This document shows, piece after piece, positions 27,911 to 36,470 of a DNA stretch of 50,435 bases. The position numbers and the translations under genes were made by a program. Each line of letters begins with the position of its first letter. The stretch's first letter is position 1. Under the pieces are notes generated by a model. The model was not told the DNA's origin. It did no database searches and worked only from the letters and a program-made list of their open reading frames with translations. Source of the stretch: an uncultured bacterium (GTDB lineage: Bacteria; Chloroflexota; Dehalococcoidia; UBA2979); assembly GCA_964011795.1 (NCBI GenBank), contig CAXGQC010000002.1, positions 1 to 50,435 on the forward strand, read 5' to 3'.

Positions 27911-29089
27911 CTATCCTCGCGGAAGGCCAAGGCCTCGTGTAGCCACGATATTTCTTTGAATTTCGGATGTCCCTCCGCCGATAGTAGACGAAACGCTCGT
28001 GACGTAAGATTGCCCGATCGTGCCTCCCATCGGTGCGCGTGGTTCCTGCGGTCGTAGTTGGCTGTGCAATCCGATCATCTTGCTTGATGTTCGTGCGATT
28101 CTTTGATTCAATTCCGAGCTGAACAGTTTCGCGGCCGAAGCCTCATAATTAGCGATTATTCCGTTCGTCTGCATATGGACAATTCGATAGGCAAGATTAG
28201 TTCCGATCTCAATTTCGGTCATGCGATCGGCATACTCTAAACGAACATCCGGATTCTGCTCGATTCTTGCAGGATTTTCATTCGCGTAGGCGATGTGCTC
28301 TTCTACCGTTCTTCTGCTTCCAGAAAAACCAGCGATACTCGACCGTTCGAAATCTAGTGCTACAGCGAGGTGGTACCAACCACGATCCTGCTCACCAACG
28401 AGATTTTGTTTAGGAACTCGGACATCTTCGAAGAAGACCTCGTTGAAGCCGTGTTCATCACCCATATTGATTAGTGGTCGGACCGTAATACCCGGTGTTT
28501 TCAGGTCCAACAGAAACATAGAAATCCCTCGATGTTTCGGTGCGTCCGGATCTGTCCGTGCCGCTAGCCAGCCCCAGTTTGATCGATGGGCACCGGACGT
28601 CCAAATTTTCTGTCCGTTCACTACGAACTCATCCCCATCCTGAGTCGCACGGGTTTGTAGAGCCGCGAGGTCACTTCCAGCCCCAGGTTCTGAATAAAAT
28701 GTACACCACCAGGAATCATCATCCGCATTAGCTATTTTGTTGAGGTGTTCATTTTGTTGTTCCTCACTACCAACTAGCATCAGAGCAGGGCCGACCCAGT
28801 CAATTCCATGATTTCCACCACTTGGGGCTCTGTTGTACGCCATTTCCTCATTCAGCAACATTTGCTGCCAGTGAGGAGCTTCGAGGCCGCCAAATTTTTT
28901 CGGCCAAGCCATGGTGTTCCATTTTCGCTTTGCCATAGCTTTCTGGAACTGGAGTCTCTGATCAAATTTCTTCTCGTCGTACATGCTTTCGTCGGATACA
29001 TCCTCTGTTTGCACTGGCAAATTTTCTGAGATAAAGTCCCGTACTTCGCTGCGAAAGCTTTCTTGTTCTTGAGTGAATTTAAAATCCAT
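27911..29089 (-). CDS. acyl-CoA dehydrogenase family protein
   Basis: MDFKFTQEQESFR..., YSEPGAGSDLAA, KIWTSGAHRSN and ...TSEIQRNIVATRGLGLPRG. Clear paralogue of 4257..5453. Confidence 0.9.
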   Translation of the reverse strand: MDFKFTQEQESFRSEVRDFISENLPVQTEDVSDESMYDEKKFDQRLQFQKAMAKRKWNTMAWPKKFGGLEAPHWQQMLLNEEMAYNRAPSGGNHGIDWVGPALMLVGSEEQQNEHLNKIANADDDSWWCTFYSEPGAGSDLAALQTRATQDGDEFVVNGQKIWTSGAHRSNWGWLAARTDPDAPKHRGISMFLLDLKTPGITVRPLINMGDEHGFNEVFFEDVRVPKQNLVGEQDRGWYHLAVALDFERSSIAGFSGSRRTVEEHIAYANENPARIEQNPDVRLEYADRMTEIEIGTNLAYRIVHMQTNGIIANYEASAAKLFSSELNQRIARTSSKMIGLHSQLRPQEPRAPMGGTIGQSYVTSVSSTIGGGTSEIQRNIVATRGLGLPRG

Positions 29090-29193
29090 AGGATCCTCCG
29101 TACGTGCTGGGAGCAGTGTATCAAAAAAACTATGGTTATCACGTCACATGCTGTTACAGTGTCCAGACATTTGAGATTAGGGAGGAATTCGGC

Positions 29194-30024
29194 ATGAAAT
29201 CTCTTGAGGGAAAATCTGCCTTAGTAACAGGGGCTAGTCGAGGTCTTGGTAAAGATATTGCGATGAGTTTGGCACAGGCAGGCGCTTCAGTCATGGTGAC
29301 AGCACGTACCGCCGAGGAGACAGACTCACATATTCCTGGCAGTCTCAGAAATACGGTCGAACAAATCCTAGGCACCGGAGGTACTGCCTCAAGTATTAGA
29401 TGTGATGTCACCGTTCCTGACGATATAAATTCAGCGGTACAAGCGACAGTTGACGCTTTCGGAGCAGTAGACATTGTGGTAAATAATGCAGGCATACTGA
29501 TTCCGGGGCAGATCACCGAGCTCCAGACAAAACATTGGGACTTGATTTTCAAAGTAAATGTCCTAGGGCCATTTTTAATGGCGAGGGAAATCGTTCCGGT
29601 GCTTGAGAAAAATGGAGGCGGACACATTATTAACATCTCCTCCAGAGCCGCGATAGGTCCTGGCCCTGGCCCATATGATGAGCCTCGCTTGGAAGGATCA
29701 GCATATGGCACGACCAAGGCGGCTCTCGAACGTTTTTCGCAAGGACTAGCTGCTGAACTTGGTGACAGGAATATAGCAGTGAACGCACTATCACCACATT
29801 TACCAATTTGGTCTGAAGGGGGACATTTTTTCCGAACCAAGGGAGGGGAACCTGACTACTCAGGCTGGAGAATGAGTGGCGAGATTATCGGCGATGCGGC
29901 GGTCTGGATATGTGAACAACCGTCTTCTGAGTTTACTGGTCACATTCTCTACGACGAACTTGTGTTTAGTGAGTTAGTTGGGTTGAATGCCCAAGAAATT
30001 CAAGATCGATATCCGGTGGAATAG
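29194..30024 (+). CDS. SDR family oxidoreductase
   Basis: ALVTGASRGLGKD, NNAG and YGTTKAAL. ATG 29194 is preceded by AGGGAGG. Confidence 0.9.
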   Translation: MKSLEGKSALVTGASRGLGKDIAMSLAQAGASVMVTARTAEETDSHIPGSLRNTVEQILGTGGTASSIRCDVTVPDDINSAVQATVDAFGAVDIVVNNAGILIPGQITELQTKHWDLIFKVNVLGPFLMAREIVPVLEKNGGGHIINISSRAAIGPGPGPYDEPRLEGSAYGTTKAALERFSQGLAAELGDRNIAVNALSPHLPIWSEGGHFFRTKGGEPDYSGWRMSGEIIGDAAVWICEQPSSEFTGHILYDELVFSELVGLNAQEIQDRYPVE

Positions 30025-30064
30025 TTATTATACTTTCCATTGAAAGAACTATTTAGGGGGAGAT

Positions 30065-30433
30065 ATGTCGTTAACAACAGGTGATAGGGTGGAAATTACT
30101 GAATTGGTTTCGCGCTACAATCAGGCGATTGACTCAGGTGACCATGAGACATGGGCATCAACATTTACTGCTGATGGTACGTTCAATTCCAAAAGTGGCC
30201 AAGCATCAGGCACCGATGAACTAAGTCAGTTTGCAAAGGGATTTTCGGAAAGAATGCCCGGCGCGAGACACTGGGTAAATAATTTAGTTATCGACGGTGA
30301 TGGGGATACAGCGGAATTATGCTGCTATTTGAATCTCATGCGAGGCGGTGAAGTACTCAATAGTGCCACCTACAATGACACCCTCATCAAGCAGGATGGG
30401 AACTGGAAGTTCAAATCACGTAACGTCAGCTAG
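30065..30433 (+). CDS. SnoaL-like / NTF2-family protein
   Basis: 122 aa. ITELVSRYNQAIDSGDHETWASTFTADGTF and a C-terminal GNWKF pattern. GGGGGAG SD. Confidence 0.6.
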   Translation: MSLTTGDRVEITELVSRYNQAIDSGDHETWASTFTADGTFNSKSGQASGTDELSQFAKGFSERMPGARHWVNNLVIDGDGDTAELCCYLNLMRGGEVLNSATYNDTLIKQDGNWKFKSRNVS

Positions 30434-31439
30434 TTAGACCGAGGTCGAGTACCTGGATCCCGACGAGTGCAAGTACGATCATGAAGCACATGGTGCCGAG
30501 GATGGTGACGGCCACTCGGGGTCCAACCGCTCCAACCTCACGAACATCTACTCCAAGTCCTAGGCCGGCCATTGCAACAACAAATAGTAGCTTGCTGATT
30601 GACCGAGCCTGTAATCCGAGATCTTCAGAGATTACGTCCGTGGTTCGTAACACCGTGAGGATTAGGAAACCCGCAACAAACCAGGGCACATAGGTTTTGA
30701 TTTTCTCTGTGAGTGACGAAGAATTATCTGTGTCACGATGTAACAGCCCGAGGACAATAATCATCGGGCCAAGTAGGAGCACACGGACCAATTTCACAAG
30801 TGTGCCAGTCTGTCCAGACAAAGGTGATACTGCGAATGAAGCGGCAACCACCTGTGGCACCGCATACACAGAAATACCCGCGAGTATGCCGTACTGGACG
30901 TGATCAAGATCAAAGATTGGAGCAAAGAATGGCAAAATCAAAATCTGCCCTACACCTAGAATTGCACTGATCCCAATAGCAGCTGCTACTTCATTTGGAG
31001 TAGCCTTGATCACTGGAGCTACGGCAGCCACAGCGGAATTTCCACAGATAGAGTTGCCCACTCCTACCAAGACCGCGAGGCGCGAACTCAATCCAAGCAA
31101 TTTGTGCCCGATGAACCATGCGACAGTGAGCCCACCAAATACGGCCACCAGTATGAGTATCAGCAGTGATGTGCCGGACGAGGTGATGTCCTGTAGCGCA
31201 ACACTTGCTCCGAGCAGCAATACCGATGCCTCTAGAACCTGTTTTGATGCGAATTTGCCGCCAGATCCAAAGGTCGCCGGAAGTGGAAGTAGATTTTTAG
31301 CGAGGATTCCTAGGACCAGCGCTATCACCAAAGCATCTATGACAGCTCGGTCAATGATTGACTCTTCTATTTCCGCAACGATCCACGCAATTGATCCAAG
31401 AAACACACAGAATGCGATACCAGGGAAGTTGTTTTTCAT
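30426..31439 (-). CDS. YeiH/UPF0324-family putative sulfate exporter
   Basis: ~337-aa polytopic ORF whose N-terminus MKNNFPGIAFCVFLGSIAW resembles the YeiH family. The start is ATG 31439 or GTG 31466. Confidence 0.55.
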   Translation of the reverse strand: MKNNFPGIAFCVFLGSIAWIVAEIEESIIDRAVIDALVIALVLGILAKNLLPLPATFGSGGKFASKQVLEASVLLLGASVALQDITSSGTSLLILILVAVFGGLTVAWFIGHKLLGLSSRLAVLVGVGNSICGNSAVAAVAPVIKATPNEVAAAIGISAILGVGQILILPFFAPIFDLDHVQYGILAGISVYAVPQVVAASFAVSPLSGQTGTLVKLVRVLLLGPMIIVLGLLHRDTDNSSSLTEKIKTYVPWFVAGFLILTVLRTTDVISEDLGLQARSISKLLFVVAMAGLGLGVDVREVGAVGPRVAVTILGTMCFMIVLALVGIQVLDLGLTS

Positions 31440-31526
31440 GAGTGCAGAGCGTACTACGAATAGCACTGGTTGTCCGATACTTTACATGTCGTTGTAAGAT
31501 TTATACGAAATAGATGAGGGGTTGAA

Positions 31527-33029
31527 ATGGTTCTTGCGTCTAACAAGGACTATCCGAAACTGTCCGCTCGTTCGCTCGGGTGGCTCCGCTATCTGCATCG
31601 TAAAACCCATACACCTGACAATTGGGACAAAGACGGTCAGCCACATGAGCATTGGGACAATCGAACTGGAGAACCCACCACATCATGGCACCGATTCGAT
31701 TTATTTGAATCGAGTTACTCAGTAGCTTTGATGGCTGATACAACACCTGCCTGGCGCGAGGTATACAGTTCAATTCTGGACGAGATCGTCGAGAGATATT
31801 CGGGCTACTGGGCTGCTAAAGACTGGCTCGATCAGATTGGTGAAGATCCAAGGAGAGGTAATTACCCTGAAGGTTTCCTGCGTCTTCTACCGGAGCATCT
31901 TGTTGATGATTATGATGTCCCCGGATGGACGGCAAATGGCGTGGAGCCTTGGGGGCTCCAGATGGATCCTGTTGGTGCAGATGGCAATCTGTTTTATCGC
32001 GGTTGGTTCCTTGTGGTTATGGGATTACATCGGTATGTATCAGGGGATTCAAAATGGAATGACCCGTTTGACGTTGTGAGAGACGGTGAGAACACCTTTT
32101 CCTGGACTCATGAAAAGATGGCTCGGTTTCTGCACGACCAGTGGGTTGATCGACCAGAAGGGCCGCACTGAGAGAACACTAAGATATGGCCCACGTGACT
32201 GGGCGCAGCTGGTCTCGGTCTGAGACTGTACGACATACTCTTTAGCGATTCTACGCACTCGATATATGACGAGTGGTGGGAATATACCAAGGAGTTTTAT
32301 ATCCCATTTGAGGACGGACGCCCAGTGGGGACCCAGTCACTCTATTACGACCCGATAATCGATTATCACCACCTGGGCCCGAGTGCTAGTGGATTCCTTC
32401 TGTATTTCCAGACAGCAGCTCAGCATCGAGAGGATACGGTACTTTTGGTGGACAGTATGGTGGACCAGCTTGGGTGGAATGAATCACCGAGTTTTATCGA
32501 GGGTGAACGAGGGATTGGTCCTCTAGTGAGGACGGCAGCATTAGCGAGAGAGTTTGGCAAGAACTCGTTATTTGAGAAATTACTATCGCTTGCTGAAGAG
32601 CACTACGAGCCAACATGGGATTCAGAGTCCGGAGAATTTACGTGGGGATTTGGATTAAACGAGACGCACCCTCGTGGCCAGCTCAACGCTATTATGGCGT
32701 ACGCTGAGGCTGGTAGTGAAGCTGCTTGGTGGCGATTGTTCAACCAGCCGAATCTTACAAAATTCAATGAACCAACGGTCTATGGCGTCGATTTTCCGCG
32801 CGTTTCATTGACTCAGGCGTTCTATGATCCCAAAGAACGTGTGCTCACGATAGCGTTAGACGAAGGGTTGCCGGATGCGCGTGGTGAACGGACTTCATTC
32901 AGAGTACAAAACGTGGATACAGACAGTCTTGATGTGAGATCTGATGCAGATATTTCTTGGCAAGTCATTGATGACGAGTTGGAAGTGACCATTCCAGTCG
33001 GCCCATATTCCATCCAGATTAGTCATTAA
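31527..33029 (+). CDS. linalool dehydratase/isomerase (LDI)-family protein with two in-frame UGA codons (candidate Sec215 and Sec224)
   Basis: ORFs 31527..32171 and 32325..33029 share a frame. The only stops between them are TGA 32169-32171 and TGA 32196-32198. Read-through gives ...PEGPH-U-ENTKIWPT-U-LGAAGLGLRLYD..., which aligns with the recalled Ldi segment [29 protein letters not shown] SD lies 5 nt before ATG 31527. A pseudogene is the alternative. Confidence 0.6.
32187..32227 (+). promoter_or_regulatory. two tandem SECIS-like mRNA hairpins downstream of the in-frame UGAs
   Basis: Hairpin 1 is UGGCCCA-CGUGAC-UGGGC(G)CA at 32187-32207, and its loop contains UGA2. Hairpin 2 is GGUCUC-GGUCU-GAGACU at 32211-32227. 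Its loop GGUCU sits at nt 22-26 from the U of UGA2, as in E. coli fdhF. Confidence 0.55.
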
Positions 33030-33077
33030 ACACTCTTTCAGTCAGTTTAGGAGACCCTATACTAGGGCTAACTTTGG

Positions 33078-33875
33078 ATGAGGACTGCCATGCCAACACT
33101 AGAAGTGCGAGATGTATCTCTTGAATATTTCCAGCAAGGTCCGGAGTCGTCGGTGCCGGTGGTACTGATACATGGTGCTGGTTCTTCTGCTCGCATATGG
33201 GATTCAGTTCAAACCTATTTGGCTGAATCCGGATATCAATCCTATGCGATCAGTCTGCGTGGGGCCGGTGGCTCAGATCGGACGAGAGAAAGTACGGATT
33301 ATCATCCTTCGAGTTATGCAATCGACGTGAGAGGTGCTTTGGATAAACTGGGGATAACGAAATGTGTCCTTGTCGGACATTCTCTGGGCACAATCGTGGC
33401 GAGCTATATTCTGCGCGATGCTCCTGATTTAGTAGAACGACTGATACAGATTGCAGGTCCTGCCGTGGTGAAGGAACCGAACCGATCATCTATGACTTCC
33501 AAAACCAGGGCGGGGTACGGGAAATCTTTGAGTCCGGAAGCCTTTGCACACTGGGAGGCACAGCATCTTGGACTATCTGAAGACATACGGAAGCAACTTC
33601 GTACTGACATTGACAATAATCCAGAAGAACGATTACTTGGTCAAGCCAGGCCATGGGACGGAATTACCGACGTGGCAGCAACTATACAAGTGCCGACGCT
33701 TGTCATACTTGGGGATGCTGATGATGTCGTAGACCCGGCAGAACCACTCGACTATTTTTTGCAACTCAACGAATCAGTTAGGCATTTACATGTATTTTCT
33801 GGTGTTGGTCATTATCCGAATGCGCAGGTCCCTGAACGACTTGTAGGTGTCTTTAAACGATTCATTACCAGCTGA
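33078..33875 (+). CDS. alpha/beta hydrolase
   Basis: VVLIHGAGSS (oxyanion region), GHSLG nucleophile elbow and C-terminal GVGHYPN. The start is ATG 33078 or ATG 33090. Confidence 0.85.
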   Translation: MRTAMPTLEVRDVSLEYFQQGPESSVPVVLIHGAGSSARIWDSVQTYLAESGYQSYAISLRGAGGSDRTRESTDYHPSSYAIDVRGALDKLGITKCVLVGHSLGTIVASYILRDAPDLVERLIQIAGPAVVKEPNRSSMTSKTRAGYGKSLSPEAFAHWEAQHLGLSEDIRKQLRTDIDNNPEERLLGQARPWDGITDVAATIQVPTLVILGDADDVVDPAEPLDYFLQLNESVRHLHVFSGVGHYPNAQVPERLVGVFKRFITS

Positions 33876-33900
33876 CCGTACCTGATTTGGGAGGACTAAA

Positions 33901-35616
33901 TTGAAACTGAACTCGCCACCGATCCCTACGAGAAGTTCCGGTGGGAACTATGCTTTCCCGACTGTCAAGGAACCAGCTTCGGGCTCCAAAGGAGTAGTGA
34001 CTTCCAATCACGTGCTTGCGTCTCATGCAGGCGTCGAGCTGCTTCTCGCAGGGGGTAACGCGGTCGATGCTGCAATAGGCACAATGTTTGCTCTGTCAGT
34101 AGTGGAGCCAATGATGACGACAGTATTTGGAGCGGGATTTACTAATATTCATATGGCTGATGGAACCGATATCGTTATCGATAATTATGCTGAGGTTCCC
34201 AAAGCAGCTACGCCGGATCTGTTCGAACCCATTCCTGATCATTTGGATCATGGTGTAGTTGATGACCTAAACCTGACCGGTCACTTGGCCGTTGGAGTGG
34301 GTGGTACTTGTCTTGGATGGGCAACTGCAATCGAGAAATACGGAAATCTTGAGTTGTACGATGTGGTCGCGCCAGCCGTCCGACTAGCTACCAAAGGATT
34401 CCCAGTGAGTCCCTACCTGAAGCAGAGCATCATAAATGCTGAGTCTGGATTAAGACGCTTTACGGATAGTCAAAAGGTATTCTTACCCGGTGATCATGTT
34501 CCCGAAGTGGGGCATCGAATAATTCGATCAGATTATGCAAATACATTGGAACGAATTGGATCGGAAGGGCCTGGCTACTTGTATGGCGGTCCGCTGGGTA
34601 AAGCCATTGCTGACGATATGCGGGCTCATGGCGGACTAATCACAGAGGAAGAAATTTCGGACTACAAGATCTATGAACGACCACCAGTCATTGCAAGGAT
34701 CGGTGCAGGCTATGAGATTCTTGCACCTCCGCCTCCTTCTTCGGGCGGTACTCATATTGTGCAGATGATGAATATTCTGGAGTCATACGATCTCGCGGGG
34801 ACTGGATTTGGCTCTACGGAAGGAGTCCATTTGTTGTCTGAAGCGTTGAAAATAGCCTTTGCGGATCGTACTCAATATATGGCCGACCCCTTAACCACTG
34901 ATATTCCGATTGATTGGTTGATTTCCAAGGAATACGGTCAAGATCGTGCGAATGATATCGATTTGAACCGAGCTCGGCAGTATTCATACGGTGAGCGTCC
35001 CGCACCCGAGCACAATGAAACGACTACCTGCTGTGCGATGGATTCTGATGGGAATGTCGTGGCATCGACAAATACCCTCCACGGAGCGTTCGGATCGAAA
35101 GTTACTGTGCCAGGTACGGGCACACTTCTCAATAACACGATGCAACTTATGGATCCGAGGCCTGGCCGAACAAATTCTATTGCCCCAGGAAAACGGATTC
35201 TTTCCTCTATGTCGCCCGTCATTGTTCTAAAGGACGGAGAGACAAATTTTGCTTTGGGATCAGTTGGGGGACTTCGAATCTTCAGTTCTGTTCATCAGGC
35301 CATAACGAATGTGATCGTGCATGGTATGACTCTGCAACAGGCAGTTGAGTCCCCTCGTATTTTTGATCAAGGGCATGGTCTCGAGATTGAAGCTTCCTTC
35401 CCAGACGTACAGAACCTTCTCTCCGAGCTGTCCAACTTGGGTCACGAGGCGAGTGCTCCGTTCAAGATCGGTGGAGGGATGAATGGTATATATCGGGACT
35501 TGGAGACTGGACTAATGTCAGGAGTGGCATGCTGGCGGGCTGATGGCGCACCTGTGGCCGTTGGTGGAGGCGAAGCTCTCGTAGAACCGACTGAGACTTT
35601 GGGAGTCCGCGATTGA
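33901..35616 (+). CDS. gamma-glutamyltransferase family protein (no signal peptide evident)
   Basis: VVTSNHVLASHAGVELLLAGGNAVDAAI, PPPSSGG and ETTTCCAMDSDGN (autoprocessing Thr region) are GGT hallmarks. TTG start 33901 lies 5 nt after GGGAGGA. Confidence 0.85.
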   Translation: MKLNSPPIPTRSSGGNYAFPTVKEPASGSKGVVTSNHVLASHAGVELLLAGGNAVDAAIGTMFALSVVEPMMTTVFGAGFTNIHMADGTDIVIDNYAEVPKAATPDLFEPIPDHLDHGVVDDLNLTGHLAVGVGGTCLGWATAIEKYGNLELYDVVAPAVRLATKGFPVSPYLKQSIINAESGLRRFTDSQKVFLPGDHVPEVGHRIIRSDYANTLERIGSEGPGYLYGGPLGKAIADDMRAHGGLITEEEISDYKIYERPPVIARIGAGYEILAPPPPSSGGTHIVQMMNILESYDLAGTGFGSTEGVHLLSEALKIAFADRTQYMADPLTTDIPIDWLISKEYGQDRANDIDLNRARQYSYGERPAPEHNETTTCCAMDSDGNVVASTNTLHGAFGSKVTVPGTGTLLNNTMQLMDPRPGRTNSIAPGKRILSSMSPVIVLKDGETNFALGSVGGLRIFSSVHQAITNVIVHGMTLQQAVESPRIFDQGHGLEIEASFPDVQNLLSELSNLGHEASAPFKIGGGMNGIYRDLETGLMSGVACWRADGAPVAVGGGEALVEPTETLGVRD

Positions 35617-36470
35617 GTCCAGACATCCAGAGTGTTCGAATTGGTGAAATATCGATTACTTGTTTGCCCGATGGTGCTGCAAATATTGACGGACATCCAT
35701 ATCGTGAAGATACTGACAGCGGCGAAGAAGTGGACTGGTCCTGGTACCACCATAAATTTCCGAATGACTTCCATGGGGACTCACATAATTGGCGGATCCA
35801 CAATAATTGCTTCCTGATTCAAACTAATGAAACAAACATACTTGTGGATACCGGGGTTGGAGTTGGCCCCTATCCAAGGTACAAAAACATGCACGGGACA
35901 CTGATGCAGAGTCTAGGCACTGCGGGTGTTGCTGTAACCGACATTAATTACGTTGTAATGACGCACGCGCATCCGGACCATGTTGCTTGGAACGTCGACG
36001 CGGAAGGGTCCCCTTATTTTCCTAATGCACACTATCTGCTTCACCAGAAAGACTGGGATGAATTTACTGGCCGCACACCTGTTCCTCCGTTCTTCGTCAG
36101 GTTCGTCGAGCCACTTAAGGAAATCGGATTGTTGAGACTAATCAGCGGCAATGTTGAGATAGCGCCTGGTGTGACTTGCTTTGAAACTCCTGGCCACACG
36201 CCTGGTAGCATGAGCATTCGGATTTCTTCACAAGGTGAGTACTTATACGTTACCGGGGACGTGATAGTAAGCCCTTTCTACGTTTTTGAGCCTTCTCGAG
36301 CCTTCCATTCCGATCTGAATTCAAGGGAAGGTATCTCGACTCGTATACAGCTAATTGAGGAGGTTGTGGAACACACGGGGCTGATAGCATCAGCTCATAT
36401 TGGGTCATCGGGTATCGGGTCGGTACTTCCTAATGGCGGCGATTATGAATTCAGGCCGCTTTTTCGATAG
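35613..36470 (+). CDS. MBL-fold metallo-hydrolase
   Basis: THAHPDH (HxHxDH) and TPGHTPG motifs. The TTG start overlaps the GGT stop (TTGA), with GGGAG 7 nt upstream. Confidence 0.85.
   Translation: MSPDIQSVRIGEISITCLPDGAANIDGHPYREDTDSGEEVDWSWYHHKFPNDFHGDSHNWRIHNNCFLIQTNETNILVDTGVGVGPYPRYKNMHGTLMQSLGTAGVAVTDINYVVMTHAHPDHVAWNVDAEGSPYFPNAHYLLHQKDWDEFTGRTPVPPFFVRFVEPLKEIGLLRLISGNVEIAPGVTCFETPGHTPGSMSIRISSQGEYLYVTGDVIVSPFYVFEPSRAFHSDLNSREGISTRIQLIEEVVEHTGLIASAHIGSSGIGSVLPNGGDYEFRPLFR

Noticed and set aside
31527-33029. Alternative genetic code (UGA = Trp or Gly) as the explanation for the two in-frame TGAs
   Set aside because: Many well-supported genes in this window terminate at TGA at the expected protein length (for example 9422-9424, 33873-33875, 35614-35616, 49893-49895). 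No other gene shows internal TGAs.
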